A stretch of DNA of 61,794 bases from an uncultured Clostridium sp. (GTDB lineage: Bacteria > Bacillota > Clostridia > TANB77 > CAG-508): contig CANAUI010000005.1 of assembly GCA_947364715.1 (NCBI GenBank), forward strand, positions 1 to 61,794. The letters are read 5' to 3'. This document shows positions 45,121-60,100 of this stretch, piece after piece. The notes below the pieces were generated by a model. That model searched no databases. It was not told where the DNA came from and saw only the letters and a program-made list of their open reading frames with translations. Every line of letters begins with the position of its first letter. The first letter of the stretch is position 1. The position numbers and the translations under genes were made by a program.

Positions 45121-48100
45121 TTATGGTGTAATTATGAATGATTTTCTAATAGATTGTATTAATGTATTATGATAATATGCTTTAAATACTAATTTATATT
45201 CACCTGTACTAATACCTTCTTTAATTTCCTTTTTAAAGGCTATTGTTTCAATATTTTCTCCTTCTTCTGGCATTTGATGTTCTTTTTTCTCCATAATTAC
45301 ATATTCTTTAGAGCCCTCTGCTGTAGTTAATCCTTGACCTTCATATTCTTCTGGAGTTTTCCATTCTGTACCATCAGGGTTTTCTAAATAATCCTTTAAA
45401 TCAATTGGTGTATATGTAATTTGATTATATATATTTGTTCCATCATCTTCTTGAGTATATGTGTCATTTCTTTTATATAATTCTACTCTTATATTTGTTT
45501 CATCTGTAGGTGAGCCGACTTTTACTGTTAAGTCTAAACCTCTACTTCCATCAAGGTTTTTTCCAGTATCTTTATTGATAACCCTAGTACCATCTACTGA
45601 TTCTACACCTGCTAATCCTAATAGTTTATTAATAAATGTTATATAAATTTCTTGTTCTTGTTTTATTTCTCCTCCATAATATGAGCCATTATCTGATGCA
45701 AAGAAATAAATTTTTGCAGTATATAATCCAGCTGGCACACTACTTTGACTTACTTCTAGTCTATATTGATTTTGTATTGTTGCTAAACCATCTGCAAGTG
45801 GAATTCTAATAACTCCATCTGCTCCTACTCCATATACTTTTGATGTTGTTTCATCTATTACTCTAAAGTTTTGTATTGCTGGTATTCTAATTCTTTCTCC
45901 ATGTTCATCTACAATTTCAACTGCCATACCTGTAAATTTATCATAATATTTTGTATCTTGAATTATTGCTTCATCTTGTGTTGTCTGTTCTTTAATACTT
46001 GCATCAAACTTAAATGGAATTGCTAAATTCTCATATACAGAATATGATGTTTTACCATCAGTTGTTTCAACTGTTTCAGACATAATTGCATTTTGATTAT
46101 ATAAGTCATATACTAAGTCTTTTTCTCCATTGTCATATTTCATAGTTCCATTTGAATTTCTTAATTCTAAATAAGTATCTTGTTCTAATTGATTTGTATT
46201 TATATTAGAATCTTTGAAATCTATTGAAACATCATATTTTTCTAGTACATATCCATTTCCTTGTGAGTCATTATGATAATATAGACTGTTATTATTTGAA
46301 TATTTATTAGTTGTATCTGTTCCACCCATTTCTACAAAGTCAGATAAATTATATAAGTATCTTGTGTTTTCAGTTGTATTATCAATTGAATCATAATCTG
46401 TATTACTTGTTGTTTGATAATAATATACTTTATTAACATTATCACCTTGTCCATAGTCTCTTATTGTAATTCCTGTGCCTTGTGGTAAAGGCATAGATGT
46501 TGATAATACTCTATAATCTCCTGATTCATAAATATCTGCTTGTCTTATAATTCCAGATTTATATAATACATAAGTAATATCAATTTTACTATCTGTTGTG
46601 TAATTTAGTTTTGTATTACTACTATTTGTAAATCTTGGTATATAGTTTTCAACATATTGTTCATATAATGATTGAATATTTACTGCTATAACAACCTTAA
46701 ATGTGTTTCCAACACTTGCATCTTCTCCTGATTTTGCTTTTCCTGTTAATACAATATTTATATATCCTAAATCTTTTGTTTCAGAAACATTTACAGAATT
46801 AAATATATTAAATCTTAATGTTCCAGCAGTATTTGAATTATCTGTTTTAAATATTGTATCTCCATCAAATGAGCCATTTTCATCTGTATAGATATTTGTT
46901 TCACCTGATTGTAACCATCCAGAATTTATTGTTTGCATTGTTAGTCCAAAAGTATTATTTGCATTTTCACTATATGTTGGTATTGTTAATTTATTTATTA
47001 AATTAACATCTGTATTTAATGCATTTGTACTTATTCTATCAATACTAAATATTGTTCCATCATATGTTGCATTATTTACAAATTTATTAAAGTCTAATGT
47101 TAATTCTGCTGTTGCATCTGTTCCATAAGTTGATGCAATAACTTGTGTATTATAGTTTACAATATCTGCATTTATAATCCAATCATAATATGTTCCATAA
47201 TCTGTAACCTCTATCACTTGTGGTATTGCTGTATTTGAATCATTTACAATATTTGTATAGAATCCATCAACTGTAATATCATGATTTGCTTTATGTCTTC
47301 CTTCTATATATGTACCATTTGCAAACATATTTGTTGTAACTGCTCCATTATAATTTGGTGCATAAATATCATATTCTTTGTTTCCTGTACTTCTATTAAA
47401 TCTATACATTCCAAAGAATGCCATACCATTTATATCTCCCCAAATATCTTCACTATTTCTTTCTGTTAAATCTCCTTCTGCTTTGGCAAATATTAGGTTT
47501 ACACCTTCTAAACTATATAATCTGTTGTCAACATTTTGTGTAACATTATTATCTGTAATTTCTACTGTTTGTTTTGTTGTTGTACCATCTTCATTTGTTA
47601 ATAAGCTTTCAAATCCTCCAACCATGTTAAATCCTCTTTGTGTGTATAAAGTTGAATTATCTAGTAAAGCTAATCCATTTGTAATTCTATTTAAAGTATA
47701 ACTTGTTTTTGTATAATAATTGTTTTTATCTTGTGCACCTAATAACTCTAAATATGAATTTTGTATAGATACTTTTCCTGTTCTTTCTATTGAAGTGATT
47801 GTATAGCTTTGTGATGAACTTCCAAAGTCTTTTAATTCTACTGTTGATTTGTCTTTTCCATCGTTTGTTGTAGGTAAATAGGTTGTTCCTTTTCCAGCCC
47901 CAAAGATTTTTCCAGTAAATCTGATTGGAGATTCTTCACTATTGTCCATTAAAATATGTGTATCTCCATAGACACTTATTGTATTGTAATCTTCGTTAAT
48001 TGAATTTCCTGAGCCATATATATTTCCTTTAATTACAATATTTCCGACTGTAAAAGTATCATCTGTTACAGCATCTTTACCAATATTAACATTTGTTGTT

Positions 48101-51100
48101 CCATAAACAGTTGATTCTTTTGACCCTCCATTTATATCTTTTTCTATTGTTCCACCTGTTATATTGATTGTTGTAGAGCCTGATTCATCATTTTTACCAA
48201 TTTCAGTACCAAATCCTCCACCATAAAGTTCTCCTTTAATTACTGAATCACCTTTAATATTGATAGTTGTATGTTTTGTAATTCCTTTATTTTTGTTTCC
48301 TCCATAGATGTTTTGGGCTATTGCACTTTCAATATTAATTGTTGCATTTGTGGTTTCTCCACCATCACCTGTTCCACCTTGGTTTCCTCCAAAAATATTT
48401 TCTACATTTGCACCATTTTGTGTTACTTTTGCATTTGTTACACCTACATCATATCCTCCTCCGAAAATATTAGTTGCATTTCCTGAGTTTAATATAACAT
48501 TTGTATTTGTTGTAATTCCTGCATTTTTAGAACCACCATACATTGTATCTACAGTAATACCATCTAATATTACATTAGAAGTACCTACTCCTGCATTATT
48601 TCCACCACCAAATACAACCATTGTTGTTCCAGATTTTAAGTTAACATTTGATGTGACTACATTTCCATTTGTATTTGAGCCACCATAGATGTTTGTAGCT
48701 ATTGCGGTACCTTCTAGTATTATGTTAGAAGTTGTGGTTGTTCCATTATAACCTCCTCCATAAACATCTATTACAGTTCCTTCTTGTAAATATATATTTG
48801 AAGTTGTAACAGTTCCATTTGCTTTTGGTCCACCATAAATTGCATTTGCTGTCATTCCTTTTAAATAAATATCTACTTGATTTGTTATTCCTATTTCATC
48901 AGCTCCACCATAAATTGTTGGCCTATTTGCACATTTTACTAACTCAATATTTACAGTTCCAACTCTTTCATATTTTCCACTACCATATACTGTTCCATTT
49001 ATTGTTGCTTCTATATCTTTTGTAGAATCTCCTATTATAATATTTACATTTTGACTTGTTATATCTGTATTTTGTTGTGCTTGTGTTGTTAAAATATTTC
49101 CACCATAAATATTATTTAGAATTCCTCCAAAGATATTTATATTACTTGAATTTTTAACTTGGTTTTGATAAGCACCACCATAAATATTTCCACTTATTTG
49201 TGCAATATTTACAGTAATGTTACTATTACCTGTTACTCCAGAATTATATCCTCCACCATAAATATCTCCTGTAATAATTGCTCCATTTGTTAAATCTATA
49301 TTGGTATCTCCTATTATTGCTCCTGTATTTGCATTAATATTTGTTTCATTTAAAGCTCCATTGCTTCCACCATAAATTGTTCCATTTAGAGTAATCATAC
49401 TATTGATTGCAATATGTGTGTTTCCTGTTATTCTTCCTTCTGTTGTTGCATTTGAGCCCCCATAAATATCTCCTGTTATTTGTGTAGCTCCTTGAAGGTT
49501 TATTCTTGAATTTCCTGTTGATGCATCATTTCCACCATGACCAAATATATTACCATTTATTTGACCACTATAGAAGTTCAATATATTTACATCTGGTTGT
49601 CCTGCTGTACTTTCATCTTTCGAAGTTGCCATCCTTGCTCCACCATAAATATTTCCTGTTATATTTCCACCATACATGTCTAATTGTGTTTTACCATCAT
49701 TAAATCCATTTATAGACCTTAGGTATATAACTGCTTCTTCAGATGTTTTATTAAATTTATTTTCTCCTGTAAATGTTCCACTAAGTATTTGTGTATTTGC
49801 ATAATATCTATTATAACTTAGTGTTGTGTCTTGTGCACCTTCATTATTATATGGATAACATCTGTCTTCAAGTTCTCCCATTGCTAAATATCCTGTTATT
49901 ACTAAGTTGTCATTTCTAGCAATTACTGATTCTTTCATTGTACCAATAACTACTTGATGTGAAACATATTTTCTTGTTGTAGTTTGGTTATTTAAGCTAC
50001 TTCCTACAATAATATTATTATATCTACCTGCTTCTACAATTACTTTATGATTTCCGATTGTTCCTCTTGTTTCTTCTTCTTTATAATTACCTCCAATAAT
50101 TCCTCCAAATGTATATTTGTCTTCTGGTGTAGAAACACCTCTTCCAAGTGTTATGTCTCCATAGTTGGTAATTAAAAGATTTGAATAATCACCTTTTGCT
50201 AAATAATCACTACCATCACTAACTATTGTAGAATCTGCATATATTTCTATATTATCAAATGCAATATTACCTTTTACATCCATATTAGATGAAATCTTTA
50301 ATTCAGCACCATTTTTTCTATAATCAATACCTGCATACAAACTTGTAATTGTACTATTACCTATTAGTTGTTCATTACTATCCCATTCTACTGCATCCAT
50401 AATAACAATAATATTATTTGATGCTTCTTCTGTAGTATTTAATTTACTATATGCTGTGGTTAAGTCTTGAACTGACGTTGTAGGTGATAAACCATCATTT
50501 GCATTATTACCATCTTTTGATACAAATATTACAGTTGCTTGTTCCCATACTGCTCTTAGGTCTGTTACTGTGCTTGGGATATCTGTATATAAATCATAGA
50601 TTGTTGCATTTTCTGCTTGGAATCCTTTTTCGCTTGCTACAGCCCATCCTCCAAAGCTATATGCTGTTTGTACTCCATTTTCATATTTGAATGGTTCTGC
50701 AAATAAGTTGTTATCTCCTTTACCATAAATTTCTCCTATTGAACTTGCTCTAAAAGTACTACTTCCTTCATTTGTACCACTATCATTAACATTCATTAAT
50801 TCATGTACATATGATTGATGCATTTGTTCAAAATCTGGAGTTATATGATATGTAACCATTGTATAATTGTCTGTATTACCTGTTAATGCTGATTTAGAAA
50901 AACTGATAGTTGTTGCATTACTTAAATTGTCAAATTCATCAACTAATGTTTCTTTTTCTATTACCAATGAATATGTTCCAATTTCTGTTAAGCCTGTTAC
51001 ATCAATTTGATAAGTTTTTGATATTTCTGTATCATTTTGTTCAATAGCTTGTACAGTAATATTATCACTATTTGTGATTTCAACACCATCTTTTATGATT

Positions 51101-54100
51101 TTTATATCTGGTACTTCTAAGTTGCTATTTTCTAAATCTAAGAAAGTATCTTGACCTTTTATTGTAAAGTGTATTGTTCCATTTGTTTCAAATTCTGAAG
51201 TATCTGTATTAATATATTTCCAAACTGGCTTTTTATTGTCTAAGTCAACAAATATATCTGTTGCCTCATTTGTATGTCCTTCTGTATCACTAATTTTACC
51301 AGCTGGTATACTTATTTTTAATTTTTTAAATTCTTCTTCAAATTCGTCAAGTTTAACAATAAAATCATAACCATATTGTGTTCTAACTGGTGTTATTGTA
51401 ATTGGTAAATCTGTTCTTTGGATATATTGATTATCTCTATTTAGTTCATATATAGAAATATCTTCTGCTAATATTTTTGTATTAAAGTCATAAAATCTAT
51501 CTGTACCTGAGATTGTTACTGTTGCATATCTTTCAGAATAACTTATAAATTTCTCTTTTAAATACAATTTTGGATTAATAAAGTCTGCTCTAATATAGTT
51601 ATTTTCATCATTACCATCATCATTATCTACTATTATTTTTGTTTCAATGTTCGCATTTCCTGATGTATCTTTTACTTTATTTTCTTCAATTACAAATTCT
51701 ATTTTACCACTATGTCTTCTAAATACTTCATTTTCTAAGTTTTCATTTAATTCAAAACCAGATAATTTTAAAGTATATCTTATACCATTTCCAGTTCCAT
51801 CTGTTATGTCTGAACTTGTTAATTCTTTTGTTAAAGTATTTGTTACATCCATTTCATCAACAAGTATTTGTTTAATATCATCAATAGTTAAGATATCACT
51901 TTCTAAGAAGTTTGTATCTACTACATCAAATATAATTGTTACTTGTTTATTTTCTTGGTCAATAATTGGGTTTATTCCATCTTGATATTTATATTTTATT
52001 GTTGGTTTTATAAAGTCTACTATGTTATTTCTAAATGCTGTATATTTTGGATTGTTTGCATTATCTCCAATATCTGTTTCAACCCAATTTGGATTTCCAA
52101 CAGGAATTTTTGTTACTATATTTCCAATTCCAGATGTATCTTTAATAGTATTTTCTGAAATTTCCATTGTAACTGCACCATCATAGTTTCCGAAATTTCC
52201 TAATGTTATTTCATATCCTACATTTGCACCATTAAGTTCTGCTGGGTCTGTTATTCTAGTTATTTGTTTTGTAATTGTTGTAATAGGTGTATTAGGATTT
52301 TGACTGTTGTCTACATATATATTAATATTATTTGTTGTTAACATATCTTTTAAGAAGTAATCATCTTGTCCTAATATTTTAACTGTTACAGTTCCTGTTT
52401 CTTCATCTCTATTTCTTGTTATACTGCTTGTAGAATATTTCCATGTAGGTCTTGTAAAGTCTACTATACTTTGTTTAAATGCTGTGTATTCTCCATTTAC
52501 ATCTCCTGGCTCTATCCATGTTGAATTTCCTACTAAAAGTTCTGTTTCTTTATTTGTATTTCCATATCTGTCAATAATTACTCCTCTTGGAATAATTATA
52601 CTTGTTATACCTTGATTGTCTTCAAAATTACTTAATGTAATTTGATATGTAATAGAAGTTGCATCTCTACTTACTTGTGAAACTTGTTTTATAATATTAT
52701 CTGGGTATACTATTTCTCCATTAGCTTTTACAACTTTGACTCTCATATTTGAAATACTTTCTACATCTTGTAATGTTCCTTGAGCTAAGTATTTATCTGA
52801 TGCTCTAATTCTAATTGATACACTTCCTGTTTCATTTTCTAAATTTCTATTAATTCCATTACTTGAGTTTAAAATACTTAAATTGTCTTGTGTTTTTTCA
52901 ATTAATGGGTCTATTACGTCTACTATTATTGGATTATCTGTATCATCTCCATCATCATAATCTAAAGTAATTGTTGTTGCTATATTTTTGTTTCCTGATG
53001 TATCATCTACTTTTCCTTCTGCAAATATAAAGTCTACTGCACCACTATAATCTAGGTATCTTTGTCCTTCATTATATACTAATTCAAAGTTTGATATAAC
53101 AAAAGTATATTCTGTTCCATTAGGTATTTGTCTTGATGTTACAGTTGTATTTAACTGTTCTGTTAAATCTGTTCCTGCTACTTTGATTTTGATGTTTTGT
53201 TTATTCATAGTGCCATCAGGATTTATGATTATATCTTCTCTAATATATTTGTCTGTTACTGTAAACTTAACTGTTAATGTTTTTGCAATATGGTTAATAT
53301 CTGGATTTTCTTCATTTTCAACATCTGAATATGTATAACGAATAGCTGGTTTTATAAAGTCTACAATATTATTTCTAAATGCTGTATAGATTGGATTTTC
53401 TGCATCATCATTTTCTTCTACCCATTCTGGATTTCCTACTGGAATTTCTGTTTCTATATTCATGTTTCCACTTGTATCTGTAATAGTTCCTGCATCTAAT
53501 ACTACTTTTGTAGCACCACTTAGTTCTTCATAATTACCTAATACAAGTTTATATGCAATACCAATGTTTTCAATTCCTTTTGTTCTTGCTTGTTCTAATA
53601 TGTTTGTATATTCTTCACTTGATTGGTCTACTTCTGTTAAGGATTTTGAGATTGTTGTAACTTCATTATTTGGTGTTTCACTATCTGTTAGATATACTTT
53701 TATTTTACCTGTTGTTAATGTATTTTCTTTATAGTATTTGTCTGTTCCAAGTATAGTAACTGTTACTGTTTCGCTTTCTCTATCAATACTACTTGTTAGA
53801 TATTTCCATACAGGATTTACTACGTCTACAATAATTGGTTCATCATGTTCTGGGTGTTCTTCATTTTCTGGCTCGTCAATTCCTAATGTAATAGTTTTTG
53901 CTGAATTTTGGTTTCCTGATGTATCTGTTACAATATTTGCTGGGAAACCTAATGACATTGGCCCACTGTATCCTTCTCCATCTGTTGTTTCTAATCCTTC
54001 TACTAATAGTTCATATCTTTCTCCAACTTTTTTACTAATACCATTTATTGTATAATAAATATCTCCATTTGTTTTATATGTAATGTCTCCTTCTACTACT

Positions 54101-57100
54101 TCTTGGTCTAAAGTTACTTTTGTTAGTGTTTTTGTAATATTTGCATCTTCTGCTAAATTTGTTTCATCAACTTTAACTGTTATAAGGTCATTTGTTATTG
54201 TTGTACTTTCGAAATATTTATCTGTTACATCAAATATTATTCTTACATTTTTTTGGTTATAATCAATTGTTGTATTTGAAGTTTCATATGTAAATTCAGG
54301 TTTGATATAGTCTGTAAACATAGTTCCATCTGTGTTTTCATTAGTTGTTTGGTCTTTTAATTCAATATTAATCCATTCTCCTGCTTCATTATCTATTGCT
54401 TGCATATTTTTATTTCCATAGTCATCTATTAAAGTTCCTTTTGTTGGTTGAATAGAAATATTACCACTCCATTCTTTGAAGTTCTTTCCGTTTTTACGTA
54501 ATGCTTCTTCAAAGTTTGATAATGTAATTGTATATTGGACTGATTTCTTTCCTGTTGTTTGGTCAATTGTTTCTATTACATTATTTACTGATTTTGTAAT
54601 TTCTTCTGCTAACTCTCCATCAATATATATATTTAATAGTTTTGCTTGTTCTTCTGTTAATATTCCTTCTGGTAGTTGACCATTTGCATTACTTGTATAT
54701 ATATTTGTATCAACTTGTCCTTTTATTACAATACTTATTTCTTGTTCTTCTTCATCTATTGTACTTGATATTTTTTTCCATTCTGGTTTGTATTTTGGAT
54801 TTATAGTTCCATTTGTAAATTCTATTGTTTGTGTTGAATCTGTATTTAGTTTAAAGTTTGTTCTGTTATTGTAAATTGATTCTGGTGCTTGGATTACTAT
54901 TTCTCCTGGTTTACCTGTCCTATTAAATATATCACCATTGTCTGATGCTATATTTGTAAATGCTGGTCCTAAGTCTAAATTTGTCATTGATTTAGCTCCT
55001 GCAATATTAAACATATCTACCATGTTTGTTACATTAGTTGTATCAAATTTTTCTCCTAAATCTAAACTTGTTAGTGTTTCATATCCTACTCCTTCAAACA
55101 TCCTAGCCATGTTTGTTACATTGCTTGTATCAAATTTATTTCCTAAATTTAAACTTGTCATTGCTTCTTTACCAGCTGACCAAAACATACCACTCATATC
55201 TGTTACATTGCTTGTATCAAATTTTTCTCCTAAATCTAAACTTGTTAAGGCTGTTGTAGACCTAAACATACAACTCATGTTTGTTACATTTCTTGTGTCA
55301 AATTTATCTTTTAAATTTAAACTTGTCATTAAACATCCATCAAACATATACATCATATTTGTTACATTAGTTGTGTCAAATTTATCCCCTAAGTCTAAAT
55401 TTGTTTTAATACCTGTACCAGCAAACATATTATTCATATATGTTACATTAGTTGTATCAAATTTGTCTCCTAAGTCTAAACTTGTCATTTTAGTCCATCC
55501 TGTAGCACCAAACATACCACTCATATCTATTACATTACTTGTATCAAATTTATCCCCTAAGTCTAAATTTGTCATTTTAGTGTATCCTGTACCACTAAAC
55601 ATCTTACTCATGTTTGTTGCTTTTCTTGTATCAAAGTTTTCTCTTAAGTCTAAACTTGTCATTGCATTTCTACCTGTGCTATTAAACATCGCTATCATGT
55701 TTGTTATATTACTTGTATTTAATAAATTTAAATTTGTTATGGTTTGTGTTGATGTACAATTTCTTGAACTTCCTATATAACTAAACAATTCAGTTGAATT
55801 TACATTTCCAAATATCTCATTATCACTTCCAATATATACTTTTACAGTTTCATTTTCATTTTGTTCATACCAAGCAATAATTGTTTTATCTCCTTGTGCT
55901 GATACATCCCATGCTGTGTTATCAATATATTGGTTTTCTGCAATATCATATACATCTTCTGGTATGTTATCTACAAATGTAACATTATCTATATTTTGTC
56001 TTTGTATATTAGTATTTCCTAAGAAAGGTCCTGTTACATTGTATTCTGTTTCTTCTGCTAAGATTTCCTTTGCTTCTCCTGTAGTTTCTTTTAATGTGTT
56101 ATATACAATAATGTCTGTTTCTTTATTTCCATTTCCTGATTCATCTAATATTAGTCCTTCTGGTATTCTTACTTTTATTTGATTTACTGCTATATTAATT
56201 CCTGTAAGTTTTAATGTATATTGTAGTCCATATTGTACAGTTCTATTTACTCCATTTACAACTCTTTGTTCATTTAATGGTGTACTTGTTAATTGTTTTG
56301 TAATTCCTGCTGTTGTTTCTGTTCCATTTACTAAGATTTTTATATTTTGATTTGTCAATGTACTATTAGCAAAATACTTATCTGTTGCTTTAAATTGTAT
56401 TTCTGCACTTGTATTTACTGTATCTACTTTTGATGTTATTTTTTCTATTAGTGGGTCTACTACATCAACTATTTCTTCATTATTTGGATTTCCTCCTGGT
56501 AAGTTTATTCCTGATGTAATTGTTGTTGCATTATTTGTATTTCCTTCTGTATCTGTAATTTTGTCTCTTGGAATTGCTACTGTTACAACACCACTATAAT
56601 CTAAGTAATTATCTCCTTCTTTTATTTGTAATTGTTCTAAATTAGATAATGTTAATAGATATCTTTTTCCTATTATTTTGCTTTCTCCATTTACTGTTTT
56701 TATTATGTCTTCTGTTCGTAATCCCTTATTTACTTCTGTCCAGTCTGGCTCTTTTCCATCTATTCTTATTGTTAAATCTTCTATTGCTAATGTTCCTGAT
56801 TCATAGAATTTATCTATTACATCAAATTCCATTGTAAATTCTTTTCCTTCATGGTTTATATCTGATGTACTAAATCTATATTTTACTTCTGGTTTTATAA
56901 AGTCTATAAAATCTGTGATAGTTGTTTTTTGTTCATTAATAATATTTCCTTTCATATCTTTTGATGCACTAGGATTTATTTTAACTTCTAAGTTACCACT
57001 AAATTCTCTATATTCTCTTCTAGAATTTATAAATTCCACATCTGTTTCTATAAAATCACTAAGTTCTAATGTGTATTGATGTCCTAAAACTTGCACTTCT

Positions 57101-60100
57101 CCATTAACATTTGCTTTAATTTCTACTGTATTAACAATATTTTTTGTTATTTTATTATCAATTTGTAAACCATCTATCCATACTGTTAATTCATCTACTG
57201 TAACTGTATCTGTTGGGTCATAGTTTTTATCTGTTACATTAAAGATAATTGTTTCTTTTCCAAGTGTTTTATCTTTATTTTTTTGCACATCATACACTTC
57301 TGGTCCTGTTCCATCAAGATAGTCAATTTCAAAAGTTTGCTCATTTGAAGTGTTTTGATTCTCATCTGTTATTACTCCTCCTGCAATTTTTAATACAACA
57401 TATCCACCATTTTCGTTTCTATATTTTGCTGTTCCGCCCACAATAGGCTCTACTGGTGTAAATTCAGTATATCCATCTTGTTCTGGTATTATATTTGTTA
57501 AACTTAATGTATACTCATATTCTTCATTTGGAATAATTTCTACTGGTCCACTTAATACTTTTCCAACTTCTGTTGATTGTTGTTTATTAACAATAACAGT
57601 TATATCATCTTCTGTTAAATTAAAAATACTGTTTTCTTCATTTAAGAATTTGTCTTTTATTCTTAATTTTACAATTCCTTGTTCTCTATCAATGTCTCCT
57701 AATGTCCATACTGGGTCTACAACGTCAACTATTTCTTTGTCTCCTTCTCCTCCTCCTGGTTCATCTTTTCCAATAGTAATAGATTTTGCATTGCTTAAAT
57801 TTCCAGATTTATCTTTTATTGTTCCTTCTGCAAATGATAATGTCATATATCCACTATATGTGTAACCATCTCCAACTCCATTTTCATCTTCTTGGTCTAA
57901 TCCTGTAATAACTAATTGATATCTTTCTCCTATTTTTGTGTTTTCTACACCTTCTACAGTTGTAGTTAAATCTTCTATTTTTGTTAATTGTTTGTTAATG
58001 GCATTATTTAGTTCTGTTACATCATAATCATCTATTTGTACCATTATTTGGCTACCATCTAAATTAGATAAAGTTGTACTTTCGAAGAATTTGTCTACTA
58101 CATCAAATACTATTGTTACTTTTTCTTCATCTCCATGAACAATTTCTGTATTTGAACTATAATATGTGAATTCTGGAGCTATAAAGTCTGCAAATATAGA
58201 ATTTTCTGTATTTTTGTCTACTTTTGTTTCGTTTTTTATTTGATGATTTGCTCTACTTCCATCATCTGCTAATTCCATATTTTTGTTTCCATAAGCTATT
58301 CTTTTTCCGTTTTCATCTGCTGGTCCTGTGGTATCTGTTAATGTCTTTTCTGCTACTTCTATTCTTATATTTCCACTCCACTCTTTATAGTCTTTTCCAG
58401 TTCTTCTTGTTACTTCTTCAAAGTTTGATAGTGTTAAATCTTTTAATACATCTTTTGCTCCTGTTCTTGGGTTTGCTGTTTGTACTGATGTTCCTATTTC
58501 TTTTGTTATAATGTCTGTTATTTCTGTATTTTCTATAAATACCTTTATATCATTTACTTCTAATGAACTTATTACATCACTTATGTATTCTTCTGCATTT
58601 ACTTCTGTGTTTGTTGTTCCTCTTAATGTGATTTTTAGCTTTGGATTATTTTCTTCTGTTTCATCTATCTCTGTTCCTTCTTTTATCCATTCTGTTCTGT
58701 ATTTTGGATTTATAGTTCCATTTGTAAATCCTATTGTTTGTGTTGAGCCTGTATTTAGTTTAAAGTTTGTTCTGTTATTGTAAATTGATTCTGGTGCTTG
58801 AATTACAATTTCTCCTTTTTTACCTAAATCATTAAATATCATCATTCTTTCTGTTGCTATTTTTGTAAATGCTGGTCCTAAATCTAGATTTGTGATTGAT
58901 GTGCTTCCTGTACTCTCAAACATCATTGTCATTCTTTCTACATTACTTGTATTAAATTTGTCTCCTAAATCTAAATTTGTCATTGATGATGCCATTCCTA
59001 CACCACTGAACATTGCTGTCATATTTCTTACATTGCTTGTGTCAAATTTATCCCCTAAGTCTAAACTTATTATATTTTCCAAATTAGCAAACATATATCC
59101 CATATCTGTTACATTACTTGTGTCAAATTTGTCTCCTAAGTACAAACTTGTCATTGATTCCATACCTGTAGCATTAAACATATTACTCATATTGGTTACA
59201 TTGCTTGTATCAAATTTATCTCCTAAGTCTAAACTTGTCATTGATGTATGACCTGTATGCCAAAACATATTATTCATATCTGTTACATTACTTGTATCAA
59301 ATTTATCTCCTAAGTTTAAACTTGTCATTGATGTTTGACCTGTAGCTAAAAACATGAATTCCATATTTGTTACATTACTTGTGTCAAATTTATCTTTTAA
59401 GTCTAAACTTGTCATTGTGTCATAACCTGTATTATTAAACATATTGCTCATATTTATTACATTAGTTGTATCAAATTTGTCTCCTAAGTTTAAGCTTGTC
59501 ATATTACTATGACCTGTATTCTCAAACATATTGCTCATATTTATTACATTACTTGTATCAAAGTTTTCTCCTAAGTCTAAACTTGTCATTGCATTTGTAC
59601 CTGTATTAGCAAACATATAGCTCATGTTTGTTACCTTACTAATATTTAATAACTCTATATTAGTTATTGTCTCTATTGCTGTACAATTTTCTGAATCTCC
59701 TATACAACTAAATAATTCACTTGAATCTATATTTCCAAATATCTCATTATCACTTCCAATATATACTTTTACAGTTCCATTTGAATTTTGTTCATACCAA
59801 GCAATAATTGAATTATCTTGTTGTGCTGATACATCCCATGCTGTGTTATCAATATATTGGTTTTCTGCAACATCATATACATCTTCTGGTATGTTATCTA
59901 CAAATGTAACATTATCTATGTTTTGTCTTTGTATATTTGTATTTCCTAAGAAAGGTCCTTCTTTATCATAATTTGGTATTCCTCCTATTGTTTTTAATGC
60001 TTCTTTATATGTCTTTTTTAATGTATTATACACAATAATGTCTGTTTGTTTATTTCTATTTCCTGCTGTATCTAATACTACTCCTTCTGGTATTCTTACT

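Noticed and set aside
45121-45400. Search for an LPXTG, SLH or other wall-anchor motif at the C-terminus of the giant protein
   Set aside because: None was found in the last ~100 residues (...YKLVFKAYYHNTLIQSIRKSFIITP), so no sortase-anchoring claim is made.
54938-55780. 280-aa plus-strand ORF with periodic LVVSNLSPKSKLV repeats (similar ones at 58892-59251 and 59624-59971)
   Set aside because: Antisense shadow of the DUF285/BspA LRR repeats inside the giant minus-strand gene. The repeat periodicity simply mirrors the coding repeats.
54940-59690. Regularly spaced ~78-bp repeats that could be mistaken for a CRISPR array or satellite
   Set aside because: The repeats are in frame within a continuous 16.6-kb ORF and diverge mainly at the codon level. 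They encode a coherent LRR consensus, and there is no repeat-spacer structure.
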